This document shows positions 1 through 12,867 of a stretch of 64,000 nucleotides of DNA, one piece after another (within the stretch, counting starts at the first letter, position 1; each line of letters opens with the position of its first letter). The notes under the pieces are model-generated. The model was not told the DNA's origin. It did no database searches and saw only the letters and a list, made by a program, of their open reading frames with translations. The position numbers were made by a program, and so were the translations under genes. The stretch comes from Heteronotia binoei (taxonomy: Eukaryota). The DNA is taken from assembly GCF_032191835.1 (NCBI RefSeq), contig NC_083235.1, positions 71,486,001 to 71,550,000 of the forward strand, read 5' to 3'.

Positions 1-778
1 CTTGGACAATCCTACTAACAATGATAAAACATGTTGGTCTGACTGCAGCCCTTCCCATAAAGAGAGTTCAGGGATGATTTAATAAAGTGTAATTCTGAAA
101 GGGTCAGATACCACCTGGTGAGCACTTTATAGAATTGTAATTTGATATTAACAGTACTTGCAATAAACACATTAGATGTCCAGATGTTGTTCCACTAACT
201 CTCAGTAAAAGCCCTACCTGTTGTCATTTGATTTGGTATGAGGTTACCGATGCTCAATGCTTATGACTTAATAGTTTATAAATGATGGTAATGAGCCCTT
301 TATGTTGTTATCTTTTAACAAACTTCCAAAGACTGTGAGATCTCTGCTAAGAGACGATTTAATACCTGTATTATTTAACAAATGTTGCATTTCTAGCTAT
401 TAGAAGCAGGATATATTTACCTTCTATTTCACCTCCAATTAAGCCTTATCTGTATTTTGACCATTATGTGAGATATCACATAGTCTATATTTTTTTCTTT
501 CTGCAAAAGTTAGAGTTATTAGAGTCTTTAACAGGAATGAACCCTATGAAAGATGTTCTGGAGAAATACCTGATGCAAGTAAAACGTATTATCATGTGTT
601 TAAAGACAAAACAGAATAATTAAAGCCCATGTTGCTATTTAATCTTGATAAAGCAAGGCATCTTCCACGTAGCATTTTTCCAGGTTTCCTTTTCTTCCTC
701 TGGTAAAGGTTTTAAATTCAGTGATTCCATTGTCACTAGCTGGGTCACTTGCTTGATATAGGAGCCATTATGATAGAC

Positions 779-1061
779 TAGGGGTGGCCAAACTTTCTTA
801 ATGTAAGAGCCACATAGAATAGATGTCAGATGTTTGAGGGAGGGGAAGTGAGGGAGGAAGGAAATAGATGAGGGTTAGGGAGGAGGTGGAAAGAAAGCAA
901 CTTTAAATGTATTCTCCAAGTTGCCAATTGGCTTGGCGAAGTGATTTAAAGAGACAAATGCCTTCTCCAAGCCAGCTGATGGGTTGTAGGGGCTTCAGGA
1001 ACCACACAATATGTGTGAAAAACCCACACATAGCTCCTGAGCCACAGTTTGGCCATCCCTG
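779..1061. mobile_element. hAT-type MITE inserted in the L1 remnant
   Basis: TIRs TAGGGGTGGCCAAAC / GTTTGGCCATCCCTG; 8-bp TSD TGATAGAC / TCATAGAC. Confidence 0.85.
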
Positions 1062-1387
1062 TCATAGACCATGATACTGGAAGAAGAGCTCCATTTGTAT
1101 TGGATATTGGCTTCAGAGAGTCTTTTCGTAATTGCCTTGAGAACTCTACTTTTCTACAAGGTTTCAATGGAGATACCTTGCAACACAATGATCTTCTTTT
1201 CTTTATAAACTAGCGATTCTTTAAGGCGAGTTTCACATAGTACTTTTTCCCCTTTGCATGAGGATATAGAAGCCAGAGAAATTAGGATGAGCTGTAGATG
1301 AACGACCTAACCAGCAGGCTTTAGTGATGTCTGAGGCACTCCATCTTCCAAATTCAGCAAGGAGGCTAGCCAGGAAGAAATAAAAGA

Positions 1388-1490
1388 CTTGAGACCCTGG
1401 AGAGCCGCTGCCAGTCTGAGAAGACAATACTGACTTTGATGGACCAAAGGTCTGATTCAGTAGAAGGCAGCTTCATATGTTCATATGTTC
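1388..1490 (+). mobile_element. 3' fragment of a Squam1-like SINE (CR1-type tail)
   Basis: Matches the 3' half of the full copies at 6131-6762, ending in catatgttcatatgtt. Confidence 0.8.
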
Positions 1491-3042
1491 AAAAGTTGGT
1501 AAGTCAGCGTTTCCTTCCAGGTTCGTCCAGACTTCTAAATTTCAGGTTTTTCTGGCGCTGTTTATTCTCAAAGTCCATATTTTTTTTCAAGCAGAGATGA
1601 TTCATTTGCATGGAGACTTTTGATTTCAACTTGCAAAGCAATTCACAGCTCCAAAGCAGTAGTCACCATTTGCACTGTGTCTTTAACAGATCCGGCAAGT
1701 TCTTTCAGCTGCAGAGTAATCAGTTCAAGAAGCTGAAATATTTTATTGGAGAGCAGCTATTTAAGCTCACCCTTCATTTAAATTTGGTCCTTCTTGCAAA
1801 CAGGCACACATTTTCTTCTATTTGAGTTTTCCAGCTGCCATTTTGTTCTTCTGCACGGCCTCTGAGCCCTTTGCTACCGTAGGATCCCCCAGTGGAAAAT
1901 AGGATTTCACAGAGAGGGAGTCATTTTTAATTGTCTTATTTTTATTTCCTCTTGCTTTTCCCACGTCTTGGAAGAAAAACTGCAATGTTGTTCACTTAGA
2001 AGGTAGTCTTTGAGGAGGTCAGGGTTGAGAGCCTTGGCTTCATGCATTTGCCATGTTACAGAGATGGAGTGCCCACTGGAAGTATATTTGTTATTATCCA
2101 CAATGAGACTAGCTCACCCACCCCAAGTCAGAAAGAAGACACAAATGAGATTGAACCACAGGCAAAGCAAAACAGTATTACCCACAGCACAAATTTGTCC
2201 CAAAACTCTTCTGCAGAAAGTGACTTCTAATTAATATACTCTTTACATTGCATCATTCTTCCATGACCAACTTGAGAGTTCTTAGGGTGACTAAGCCCAA
2301 CCCAAGGCTGAAAAATAACTCTGCAATTCACTAGAAAAGACAGGACGCAAGTGTTATATTTGTGGCTTTCAATGTCTCGGCTGGTAGGCAAATTTTAAAA
2401 CATTTCAATCATGAAATAAAAAGCAGAGCAGTCAACACCACCACAAGCAGTACAACAGGGTTAATATTCTGCCAAACCATGTAGCAATAAATCATTAGAA
2501 TATGCCTCAAAGGCATAAACACAGAAACAATCATTACACATCATTCTTCTAGGATACAAAGCTGAATTACTTATTGGTTTCGGTACATGTACTACTCCTC
2601 TTGGATATAACATGTATAACCGGAGGAGACACAAAAAGAATAAAGAAAGATGTTCAGAGGAGTGTTAAAGCATCTTAAAACTAACAGTACAGACTGAGAT
2701 TCAGTAACTGTACAAGCTTGTCAGGAATGACAGAAGAATTTTAAGAATGATTTAGACCACTCCTAGGCAACTGGCCCAAAGTGTTAAGATCCTCATGCCA
2801 GTTATTCCTGAATGTCTGAATGGCAGACTACTATTTTAGTTTGTTTGCTCATGGTGTTTTTTGTACTACAATCATAATTGACTTTTAAGTACTTCCAAAT
2901 TAAGACACAACATCTGTACTTCAGTTCACCTAAACGGAATGTGAAGGATGAAGGAAAACTGTCAAAATACTCTTATGGATATCTGTTATATACACCTTTG
3001 AAAAAACATGGTTCAACAGCATCTTTGCTATTTCTAGCCCTA

Positions 3043-3498
<456 letters not shown>

Positions 3499-4859
3499 TC
3501 AATGCAACTCCATGCAGGTTTACTCATAAGTCAGTCCCATTTTGTTCAAAGAGATTAGTTCCAAGGTATGTGTGCATGGGATTGTAGATTCCAATGCAAT
3601 TTAAAGGCAGATGTTTATAAAGTGCTACCACCACTTCTTTCTGAGGAAAAATACAGCACAACTCAAAGCTTTTTTACTAGACCAGGCAATCTTTTAAAAG
3701 AGCAGATGGTCCAATAAAAGACAGTCTTGTGTGCTTAGTGTAATGCAGAAATATTTTAACAATTAAATTACCAGCATACTGATGTGTAGTAGTACCTATA
3801 TTAACCGGCACCTTAAAGTAAAATGTAAGATCAACCTGTGAATTGGAAAAATAATTATTCACACTGCTATTTTAATAACACTTTTGTGTATATGGAACTT
3901 TGAAATCCTCTGCTCTGAAGCTGAACACTGCTCCACCTGTTTTGCAAGTGAAGATATTAAGTATGAAAAGGCATGTATGTCTATTCTACATTGAATCACA
4001 CTGGCTTTGGAAACACTTAAAATATTCAGGGAATGATGGGTCAAAATCAGAGAAATAATACAGAATAATTTGCTGCTGAAGACATCTGAAATAAGTTTTA
4101 CACTGGTTATGCAAGGAGCTAGTAAAAGAAATTTCCTCAGTTTAAACTGGTATGCAGAGGTTTTACTCTATATTTAAGCTCACACCAACAGTGTTTTTCC
4201 CCCCCACTGGTATGCTGTATCAAATAAAGATAGCCAAAGGAGGCTTATTTGATACTTTGATTTGGGAATGCAAGCATGAGACTTCATCCTACACACACAG
4301 GAGAGGGGGGAGACAAATCCAGATGCATTGCAAAGTTTCACAAAATTCTGCAGATCTCCACATTGCAAAACGGCAGGTCTATATTCTAGCTATCAAAGAT
4401 CAAACAACTATGATTATAACTTAATATATTCCAGCCCTTTTTCATCACTCACGTTCTTGCCTTGGAGAGAGAGAATGTATATTCTCCTCCACTTGCCTCC
4501 AGTTCTCAGTCCTGGTTTGGAATGCCCCAAACCAGCTTCCCAATCCTCCCCTATAGCAGCAGCACTTCCACAAAGTTTGTAAAGCGACCGCCTATCCCAC
4601 ACAGTTATCACTTTTAACAACTCCTTATCGCCTATATAACCCATACAGCTGAAAGCCAGCATGCCAAAATCCGTTCTAAAAATGCAAAGGCAAACCTCGC
4701 ATCAACACTGATACCCACTCACCAGGTGAAATGAATCCCCGCATTTAAAAAGGCTGCCATGCAGGGCACCTCCCACAAACCGTTAGGACACAACATAAGT
4801 AAATATATAAAATAATGACTATTTTATAACGAAGCCAACCGACTGCTCAATAAGGGCCA

Positions 4860-5600
<741 letters not shown>

Positions 5601-5757
5601 AAAGAAGAGAAGAATCAATTTTGAACGTATTTTTAATCAATTTTGAACGTATTTTTAAAAAATCGATTTATACATTCGAAACAATCTGTGTTGCGCTCCC
5701 CACGGCCTACGCGAACGTGCATATGATTTTTTTTGGGGGGGGGGGGAATGCATTCGG

Positions 5758-6873
5758 TAGGGTTGCCAACTCCAATTCAAGAACTACCTGGGGACTTTGG
5801 GGGTGGAGCCAGGAGACATTAGGGGTGGAGCCAAGATCAAGGCTGCGACAAGCATCATTGAACTCCATAGGGAGTTCTGGCCATCACATTTAAAGGGACC
5901 ACATTCCTTTTCAATGCCTCCCTTCCATAGGAAATAATGAAGGATAGGGGGACCTTCTTTTGGGGCTCATAAAATTGGACCCCCTGGTCCAATCTTTTTG
6001 AAACTTGGGGGGTACTTTGGGGAGAGGCACTAGATGCTATACTGAAAATTTGGTGCCTCTACCCCAAAAAACAGCCCCTCCAGAGCCCCAGATACACGCA
6101 GATCAACTCTCCATGATTTTCTACAGGAATGAACATGAACATATGAAGCTGCCTTATACTGAATCAGACCCTCGGTCCATCAAAGTCAGTACTGTCTACT
6201 CAGACTGGCAGCGGCTCTCCAGGGTCTCAAGCTGAGGTTTTTCACACCTACTTGCCTGGACCCTTTTGAGTTGGAGATGCTGGGGATTGAACCTGGGACC
6301 TTCTGCTTCCCAAGCAGATGCTCTACCACTGAGCCACCGTCCCTCCTGCATATGAAGCTACCTTATACGGAATCAGACCTTTGGTCCATCAAAGCCAGTA
6401 TTGTCTTCTCAGACTGGCAGCAGCTCTCCAGGGTCTCAAGCTGAGGTTTTTCACACCTATTTGCCTGGACCCTTTTTTGGAGATGCCGGGGATTGAACCT
6501 GGGACCTTCTGCTTACCAAGCAGATGCTCTACCACTGAGCCACCGTCCCTCCTGCATATGAAGCTGCCTTCTACTGAATCAGACCCTGGGTCCATCAAAG
6601 TCAGTATTGTCTTCTCAGACTGGCAGCGGCTCTCCAGGGTCTCAGTCTGAGGTTTTTCACACCTACTTGCCTGGACCCTTTTTTTTTTTTGGAGATGCCG
6701 GGGATTGAACCTGGGACCTTCTGCTTCCCAAGCAGATGCTCTACCACTGAGCCACCGTCCCTTTAACAAAGTTCCCAGCAGACATCTCCCTCCCCTTTCT
6801 GATGACCCTGAAGCAGCGGGAGGGTCTCCAAACCGGGAGATCCCCTGCCCCCACCTGGGGATTGGCAACCCCA
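5758..6873. mobile_element. hAT-type MITE (TAGGGTTGCCAA family) with a nested SINE trimer, between JMJD6 and METTL23
   Basis: TIRs TAGGGTTGCCAA / TTGGCAACCCCA; perfect 8-bp TSD GCATTCGG (5750-5757, 6874-6881); body matches the copy at 23198-23708. Confidence 0.92.
6131..6762 (-). mobile_element. Three head-to-tail Squam1-like tRNA-derived SINEs (6131-6345, 6349-6551, 6555-6762)
   Basis: Each has a tRNA-like head (GGTGGCTCAGTGGTAG A-box, GGTTCAATCC B-box) and a CR1-type tail; junctions are identical (GTCCCTCCTGCATATG). Confidence 0.9.
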
Positions 6874-6874
6874 G

Positions 6875-7440
6875 CATTCGGGCTACGCTTAGAAACGCTC
6901 TCGCAATTTTGGAAAGCGAAATTGTCCGGTTTGCGCTTACGCGGAGTTCCACGCGCCGCACCCCACTGCGGGTTTCAAGGGCGGCCAATTCGGCCTAGAA
7001 TCGGGCCACGTGTTTGCACGGAGCCTGCGCGTCCCGCTGAGATTCGTGGCGCGACGGAGGTTTTCGAGCAGCTCCAGGCTGCTCTGCCCCGCGCCCTTCC
7101 CTTTGAGCCAGCCAGGAACAACGCGCTGCCTCCGGGGGGCGCCGAACTCACCCGAAGCGAGGGCAGCACCCCGGCTGGCGCCTTTCCGCCCACCCGGCCT
7201 CTGATTGGACGTTTCGACGGAACGAGCCCTGCCTGGTCTTCTCCACTCTGCACGGGTCCAACGCAAAGGAAGCGCGGCGGAGGGGTCTGCGTCGGCGGGC
7301 TTTCCAAAACTGGCCTTAATGTGCTGCTTGGCACCCGAATTCACCGTGCGGAAATACAGGTTTGCGGAAGGGCAAGAGGAACGCGGAAGAGGACGCCCGA
7401 AATCGGTGCTGGTGGTGCTTATTCCAGAGGTGCGAGTCAG
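6875..7440. promoter_or_regulatory. CpG island / METTL23 promoter and first exon; CCAAT near 6984 and ATTGG near 7204
   Basis: CpG-dense stretch ending at the exon 1 donor. Confidence 0.75.
7319..7429 (+). CDS. METTL23: METTL23 coding exon 1 (MCCLAPEFTVRKYRFAEGQEERGRGRPKSVLVVLIPE)
   Basis: ATG at 7319 in a CpG island; GAG|gtgcga donor at 7430; joins in phase 0 to ILDPQYGMYVWP; the YRF...VLVVLIPE pattern fits the family N-terminal strand. Exact start codon is less certain. Confidence 0.8.
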
Positions 7441-7547
7441 CTGTTTGTTTGTTTTTAATGTTTGACTTGTGTTCCTTCTCTAGTGTTTCTAGCATAGCGT
7501 TGGCCCTTCAATCCAAGGAGTTATAATAACCAGATTTTAGAATTATG

Positions 7548-7976
7548 CAATGGAAAGAAAAAGAAATGAAGTCCAGGATATATAGATTTAACATAGATGA
7601 AGGGTACAAATGTTAGAAAATTACAAATGTGGAGATGTTCTTGTGTTTGTGGAGATGTTTTTGTGTTCAGACTTTATTATACGGTTGTAGGTGATCTGGA
7701 AGAACAATGGAAAGAAAAAGAAATGAAGTCCGGGATATATAGATTTTAATATAGATGAAGCGTACAAATGTTAGAAAATTACAAATGTGGAGATGTTTTT
7801 GTGTTCAGACTTATTATACGGTTTTAGGTGATCTGAAAGAACAATGGAAAGAAAAAGAAATGAAGTCCAGGATATATAGATTTAACATAGATGAAGGGTA
7901 CAAATGTTAGAAAATTACATATGTGGAGATGTTCTTGTGTTCAGACTTTATTATACGGTTGTAGGTGATCTGAAAG
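7548..7976. repeat. AT-rich tandem repeat, ~137-157 bp unit x3, in METTL23 intron 1
   Basis: Units start at 7548, 7705 and 7842 (caatggaaagaaaaagaaatgaagtcc...); the first carries an internal ~19-bp duplication. Confidence 0.92.
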
Positions 7977-8082
7977 ATCTTGTGCCTGACACCCTAGAGA
8001 GCTGCTGCCACACAGGACAGACAATAATGACTTTGATAAACTGGTGGTCTGATTCAGTATAAGGCAGCTTCCTATGTTCATG
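7977..8082 (+). mobile_element. Diverged Squam1/CR1-type 3' tail fragment
   Basis: ctgattcagtataaggcagcttcctatgttc terminus. Confidence 0.65.
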
Positions 8083-9663
8083 CGCAGAGACCCACAAGGA
8101 ACTTGCAGGAGTAGCCATCCCACCCACCTGCCGTTGCCTCCTCTGCTCTAACCCTTCTTGCTGACTCCACCTCCCCTACCTCTTCTCACAGCTTTTGTCT
8201 CGTTCTCTTCCCCCTCATGCCTACTATCGCTCTTTCTCACTTTCTTTTCTGTGTTGAAAAAGCTGGTGAGGAAAGACAGTGATAGCAAAGCTATCGCCCG
8301 CCTGGCGATGAGATGCGGTTCTGGAGCTGAGATTCTGCACAAGTACAGAGAGGTTTGTTTTGGGGATTAACCACCCCATCCTCTCCAATCTGGGCAAATT
8401 TTAGATTTTTCTGCACCTGACCCTGATCTGTGGATTTCAGTATCCACAGTTGGGGCCAGATTGATAATTACTTATATATTTATGATGTACCAACCAACCA
8501 TAATATTCACTTAATTATTTGGAGCATTTTAACCCATCTTTCTTTGAAACTGGACTCGGGGGCATCTGGGGTTGGCGACTCTGCATCTGCATTCGCCCTG
8601 TCCTGGAGGGCCTCTGGCAGGAGGTCAACCTTGCTCAGGAACCACTGAGGCAGGCAACCAGGGGCTGTAGGGAAAGGATGAGGCCATACCTGGGATGTGC
8701 CTGGAAGCCTGGGTGCATGCCTTAGAAAGGAAGCAAGGCTCAGGCAGCAGCCTGCACCTGGGAACAGGCCAGTGGAGTAGGCTGGCAGTAGCTGGGGTGT
8801 CCTAAAACTTGTGTGGGCAGGCAGAACACTTTCTTAAAGCCTCAGGGGAGGGCAGGACAGGAGAGGAGGGGGCCAACCAGCTAGGCCATTGGCCCAGATT
8901 ACCTTCACTTACCACTTACTTTGAAGAGAGGACACAGAGATCAGCTCCAGACAGTCTTGTATTAGGCAAGCCCAGGAAGGGACATACTGCTGTCATGATG
9001 CTCAGAGAATGGTGGATGGCTTGGAGGGCGGGGGAGCGGAGGGTGTGAATTGTCCTCCTTTCTGTAATTGAGCCCCAGGCTTCACACTGGCAAGCACTGC
9101 AGCCCTGGACTCTGACCTGCTGGGGGAGTCTAATGGGGGTGATAGTGTTAAAGTGATAATTAAACCCCCCCAATATTTATTCATTATTTTATTTGTTTTT
9201 GTTAATTTCTGTTTCTATTCTGCTGTATCCTGCAAGTGGGCTCAGGGCGGATTACAGCAAGTCTAAGCAATATGCAATGACAAATCCATAAAAATAAGCA
9301 AATGTGTAATTACTGAGAACCAGTCTGGTATAGTGGTTAGATTTTTGGATCAGGATCTGGAAAGCTAGATTCACATTATTGAGAACGTTATAAGCCACTC
9401 AGGGTACAAATGAAACAATATTAACTAAAAATCAGGTGACAGCATTAAAAGCCCACCTAAATAGTTACATCTGTGCTTAGCTAGCACAGTCTCGACAAAA
9501 TGAAAACAACTGTAGCTACTCTGTTGTATATATTTTACTTGGTCTTGTATGAGGAAAGTCTGTGAAATTCCCTGGTACTGCATGATTGACTTAAAAGCTG
9601 GCCAGACAGAAGAAAATACTGGCTTGTGGAATAATAACTCACTGAACCTTGCCCCTCACACCA

Positions 9664-9697
<34 letters not shown>

Positions 9698-10052
9698 TTA
9701 TTGTCATTGTTCTCAAAAAAGAAAATGAGAGCAACGAAATGAGGTGCTCTTCCACAGACATACCAACACATCAACACCCCCAAAAAAGAACATATACATA
9801 GACCATTTAAATGCATCTAAAAACAAATAACCATTCATAACCCTGCATTTAGCCTAACCACGGCACTTGGATAGAAGCTACCCTTGAATCTATTTGTCTT
9901 AGCCTTCAACACTCTATATCGCCTACCTGACGGTAAGATCTCAAATAGCAAGTGGCCCGGATATGAAGGGTCCCTTAAGATCATTTGTATCTTCCTTTTA
10001 CATCCCATATTATGCAGATCCACCAATGAGGGGAGAGAACATTGAGAGCAAT
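9664..10052 (-). mobile_element. Rex1/Babar-type LINE 3' fragment with a (TATC)n tail
   Basis: ORF 9835-10110 encodes ILRDPSYPGHLLFEILPSGRRYR...NRFKGSFYPSAVVRLN, typical of the Rex1 ORF end; (GATA)n at 9664-9697. Confidence 0.8.
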
Positions 10053-10339
10053 GCCTTCTATAGTCACCTGGCTGTGGGGGCGGGGGGGGGGGAGTGAAGG
10101 AAATCCCCATTTCTCCTTAACGTGTTATGCAATTCCTTTTCAATTACGGCATTCCACAGAAAAGTATATACTTCGTAGCTTAGTACAAACTACTCAAAGT
10201 AGACCATTAAAGTTAATTTGTTTCTTGTCTCTCATAAGACTAGGATAAAATGGTACAGAAGTGACAGAAACTGGAAAATGCATTCCTACATTTTTTTTTA
10301 ACCATGGCCATGTTTTAAAGTATGACTTTCTTTCTTCAG

Positions 10340-10444
10340 ATTCTTGACCCCCAGTATGGAATGTATGTTTGGCCTTGTGCGGTGGTCCTGGCCCAGTATG
10401 TGTGGTTTCACAGAAGATTAGTCCGTGACAAGAGAATTTTGGAG
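10340..10444 (+). CDS. METTL23: METTL23 coding exon 2 (ILDPQYGMYVWPCAVVLAQYVWFHRRLVRDKRILE)
   Basis: ttcttcag| acceptor, GAG|gtatgg donor; MYVWPCAVVLAQY is diagnostic. Confidence 0.97.
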
Positions 10445-10918
10445 GTATGGCATTTTGAAGTTCACTATATAGCTTTGTTTTGTTTTGAAATATGCTTTAG
10501 AATTGCTCATAGTACGTTGCAGTGAAACAGCATTTAAAATCAAGATGGAAGCTGGCGATAGATCTTTAAAGCTGCAATTTTGTATGACTGGCATTTAGGC
10601 TGTCAGCCTCAATAGGGAATCGCAAACCTAGAACCCAAAGGTAATACTGTCTTTCTGTCGTTCAAAAGCAGGAACATAAATCCTGTAATAGGCAAAATAG
10701 GCTCATATGGCCCACAGGCCAGTGTGAATCTACCCGATGAGGATCAGTTTTAGAGGTCCTGATCAGTGTGACTTCATTTTTATAAGGTGCATGAGTACCA
10801 GGGAAAATGCCTTTGTTCCTTTGAAACAGTCCCCACAGAGACTTGCTTGGTACCAAGCAAAGACAATTTTATTTTTCCAAACTTTTTGTGAAGTTCTCCT
10901 GCCTTGTTTGTTTGGCTC

Positions 10919-11038
10919 CAGGGCTTTTTTTTTGTAGAAAAAGCCCAGCAGGAATTCATTTGCTTATTAAGCCACACCCCCTGAAGGCAAGCCAACCAGA
11001 ACTGTGTTCCTGTGCGTTTCTGCTAAAAAAAAGCCCTG
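10919..11038. mobile_element. Short hAT-type MITE (CAGGGCTTTTTTT TIR)
   Basis: TIRs CAGGGCTTTTTTT / AAAAAAAAGCCCTG; 8-bp TSD TTTGGCTC / ATTGGCTC. Confidence 0.8.
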
Positions 11039-11507
11039 ATTGGCTCTATTACTTATTGCTGGACTTTAAAAGGAGTATTGCTGCTTTATTATTGTGACCT
11101 CATTGTCATCATAATTCTGATTTTTAAAAATCATTTGGTTAATAAATGCTGCAGACTACCTTAACATGTTTTATAGCATGATACACACCTCATGTGAAAT
11201 TATTACCTGCCCTCATCTTCCTGCAGAACTATACTAAGCAGCTCGAAATAAAACACAGGACCTGTCTATAGTTAATTTCTGAATTAAACTTGCAGTCATT
11301 GCAAACTGAACTACTAAAAGAAGCTATATGCTGTAAGCCTAAGTATGCAATGAATCTTTCATTAAAATGCCATGAACAAACCGCTCATCGACTGTCCCTA
11401 GTTCTCCAAAGCAAAAGTGCGTGCATTTTAAAAACTCAAAGTTATGTACACGTCGGTTTAATTCAATCAAATTACAGATGATATGCTAAAAATTTTGTTC
11501 TGTTTAG

Positions 11508-11745
11508 CTTGGAGCAGGTGTGAGTCTTCCTGGAATAGTGGCAGCAAAATGTGGAGCTGAAATTATACTATCAGATAATGCAGCACTTCCTCAGTGTCTG
11601 GACAACTGTAACCGAAGCTGTCAGATGAATAATCTCTCCAGGGTTTTGGTAACCGGACTCATCTGGGGTCAGATATCACCTGCTTTGTTGGCCTTGCCTC
11701 CAGTAGACATTATTTTGGCATCAGACATATTTTTTGAACCAGAAG
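11508..11745 (+). CDS. METTL23: METTL23 coding exon 3 (LGAGVSLPG SAM-binding motif I ... DIILASDIFFEPE)
   Basis: tgtttag| acceptor, G|gtatgc donor; 238 nt; class I methyltransferase motifs. Confidence 0.97.
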
Positions 11746-11857
11746 GTATGCATTCAATTGTAATTGATTAGACTCATGTTTATCTACTGTTGTATTTCTG
11801 AGAACCGTGTACATTAAATGTAAAACAGACCCAGGTGGGAAGCTGTGTTGGTCTGAA

Positions 11858-12262
11858 GTAGTAGAGCAAAGCAAGAGCCCGGTAGCACCTTTAAGACCAA
11901 CCAAGTTTTATTCAGAATGTAAGTTTTTGTATGCATGCAGACTTCATCAGACAGTGGAATGGGATACGGTGAGCAGAGCCCACTGGTGGGCAGCGGCACT
12001 CCATCAAAACTGCAAAGTGCTACAAATTTAGAATTCAATGGCAAAATAGTGAAATGAACACACTGAAAGAACATTTGGTCTGGATAGCATTTGCATGGAA
12101 AACCAGTACAGCAGTAATATCTCAGAATGGGAGAATGAGGCAATAAATGTTGTCTGTTAATTGCTCTATTGCTTGCGAGTATACATGCATATGAAAGTTT
12201 ACATTCTGAATAAAACTTGGTCTTAAAAGGGTTACTGGACTCCTGCTTTGTTCTATTAAATG
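11858..12262. mobile_element. Penelope-like element relic with inverted pseudo-LTR arms
   Basis: ~90-bp imperfect inverted arms (ttacattctgaataaaacttgg...tcttaaa...tgctttg) at 11860-11950 and 12175-12260; the left arm carries CTGATGA on the minus strand. Confidence 0.6.
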
Positions 12263-12867
12263 TAAAACGTTACTGAAAAATCTTCTTTGAGCTGAATAGC
12301 ATTTGTTTTGCATGGCAACCATCTGCAAGGAATGAAATGTAGTTACTACACATTTTGATTCTCTTGGATAAATTGGCACAGCCGTGGCTATAGCGAAGCT
12401 TCCTGACGCATGACCATGACATGGCAGCTCATTTTAGGTTAAGAGTGTGCGTGTCTGTGCATTAGACATACCTCTTTGTAAGTTCATGGTTTGTAAGATC
12501 TGTGCATTCGTTTGTTTCTAGTTCCGCTTTACAAGCCTCTATAAACGGCATAGGCTAAAAATAGATGCCATATATTCAACTACAGCTAAAGCGCAACGTA
12601 TAACATTAATGACGTGGTATACTAATTTGTGTAACAATCTTCCCTTTTGCATGACCATTGCATTTCAAAAAAGTTACAGTAAGTTTAATATTAATTATTA
12701 CCAACTGGTGTCAAACTTATTGTTTCTGGGCAAGATTATTGAGGGCAGTGGCGCTACAGTTGCAGAGCTTTCTGGAGGATGCATCTGTGAAGGATCAAGT
12801 CAGAGGCTTTACTCGGGAGGTGACCACTTTAAAATTTCTCCCCAGTCACCTTCCCTCAGTCAGATTG

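Larger units (their letters stand above)
1..2054 (-). mobile_element. Decayed L1-clade LINE in JMJD6 intron 2: ORF1 remnant (~680-2054) followed by the ORF2 C-terminal Cys-rich remnant (1-~300)
   Basis: Manual translations on minus: DFENKQRQKNLKFRSLDE (1522-1578), IIVLQGISIETL*KSRVLKAITKRLSEANIQYKW (1091-1192), KLQFYKVLTRWYLT...GKGC...YHC**DCP (1-165, with WW decayed to TAG TAG). Confidence 0.75.

Noticed and set aside
5613-5656. Short tandem duplications (also ~38985-39045 and ~44900-44940) and long G/C homopolymers
   Set aside because: Ordinary slippage products with no evidence of function
6131-6762. tRNA genes suggested by A/B boxes (also at 20387, 43800, 50742, 58601 and 63063)
   Set aside because: These are SINE heads fused to LINE-type tails, with no complete cloverleaf
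6389-7458. Long ORFs 6389-6988 (-), 6802-7458 (+) and 6937-7344 (-)
   Set aside because: They are stop-poor GC-rich and SINE/MITE sequence, begin at non-ATG or repeat-internal codons, and show no recognisable domains
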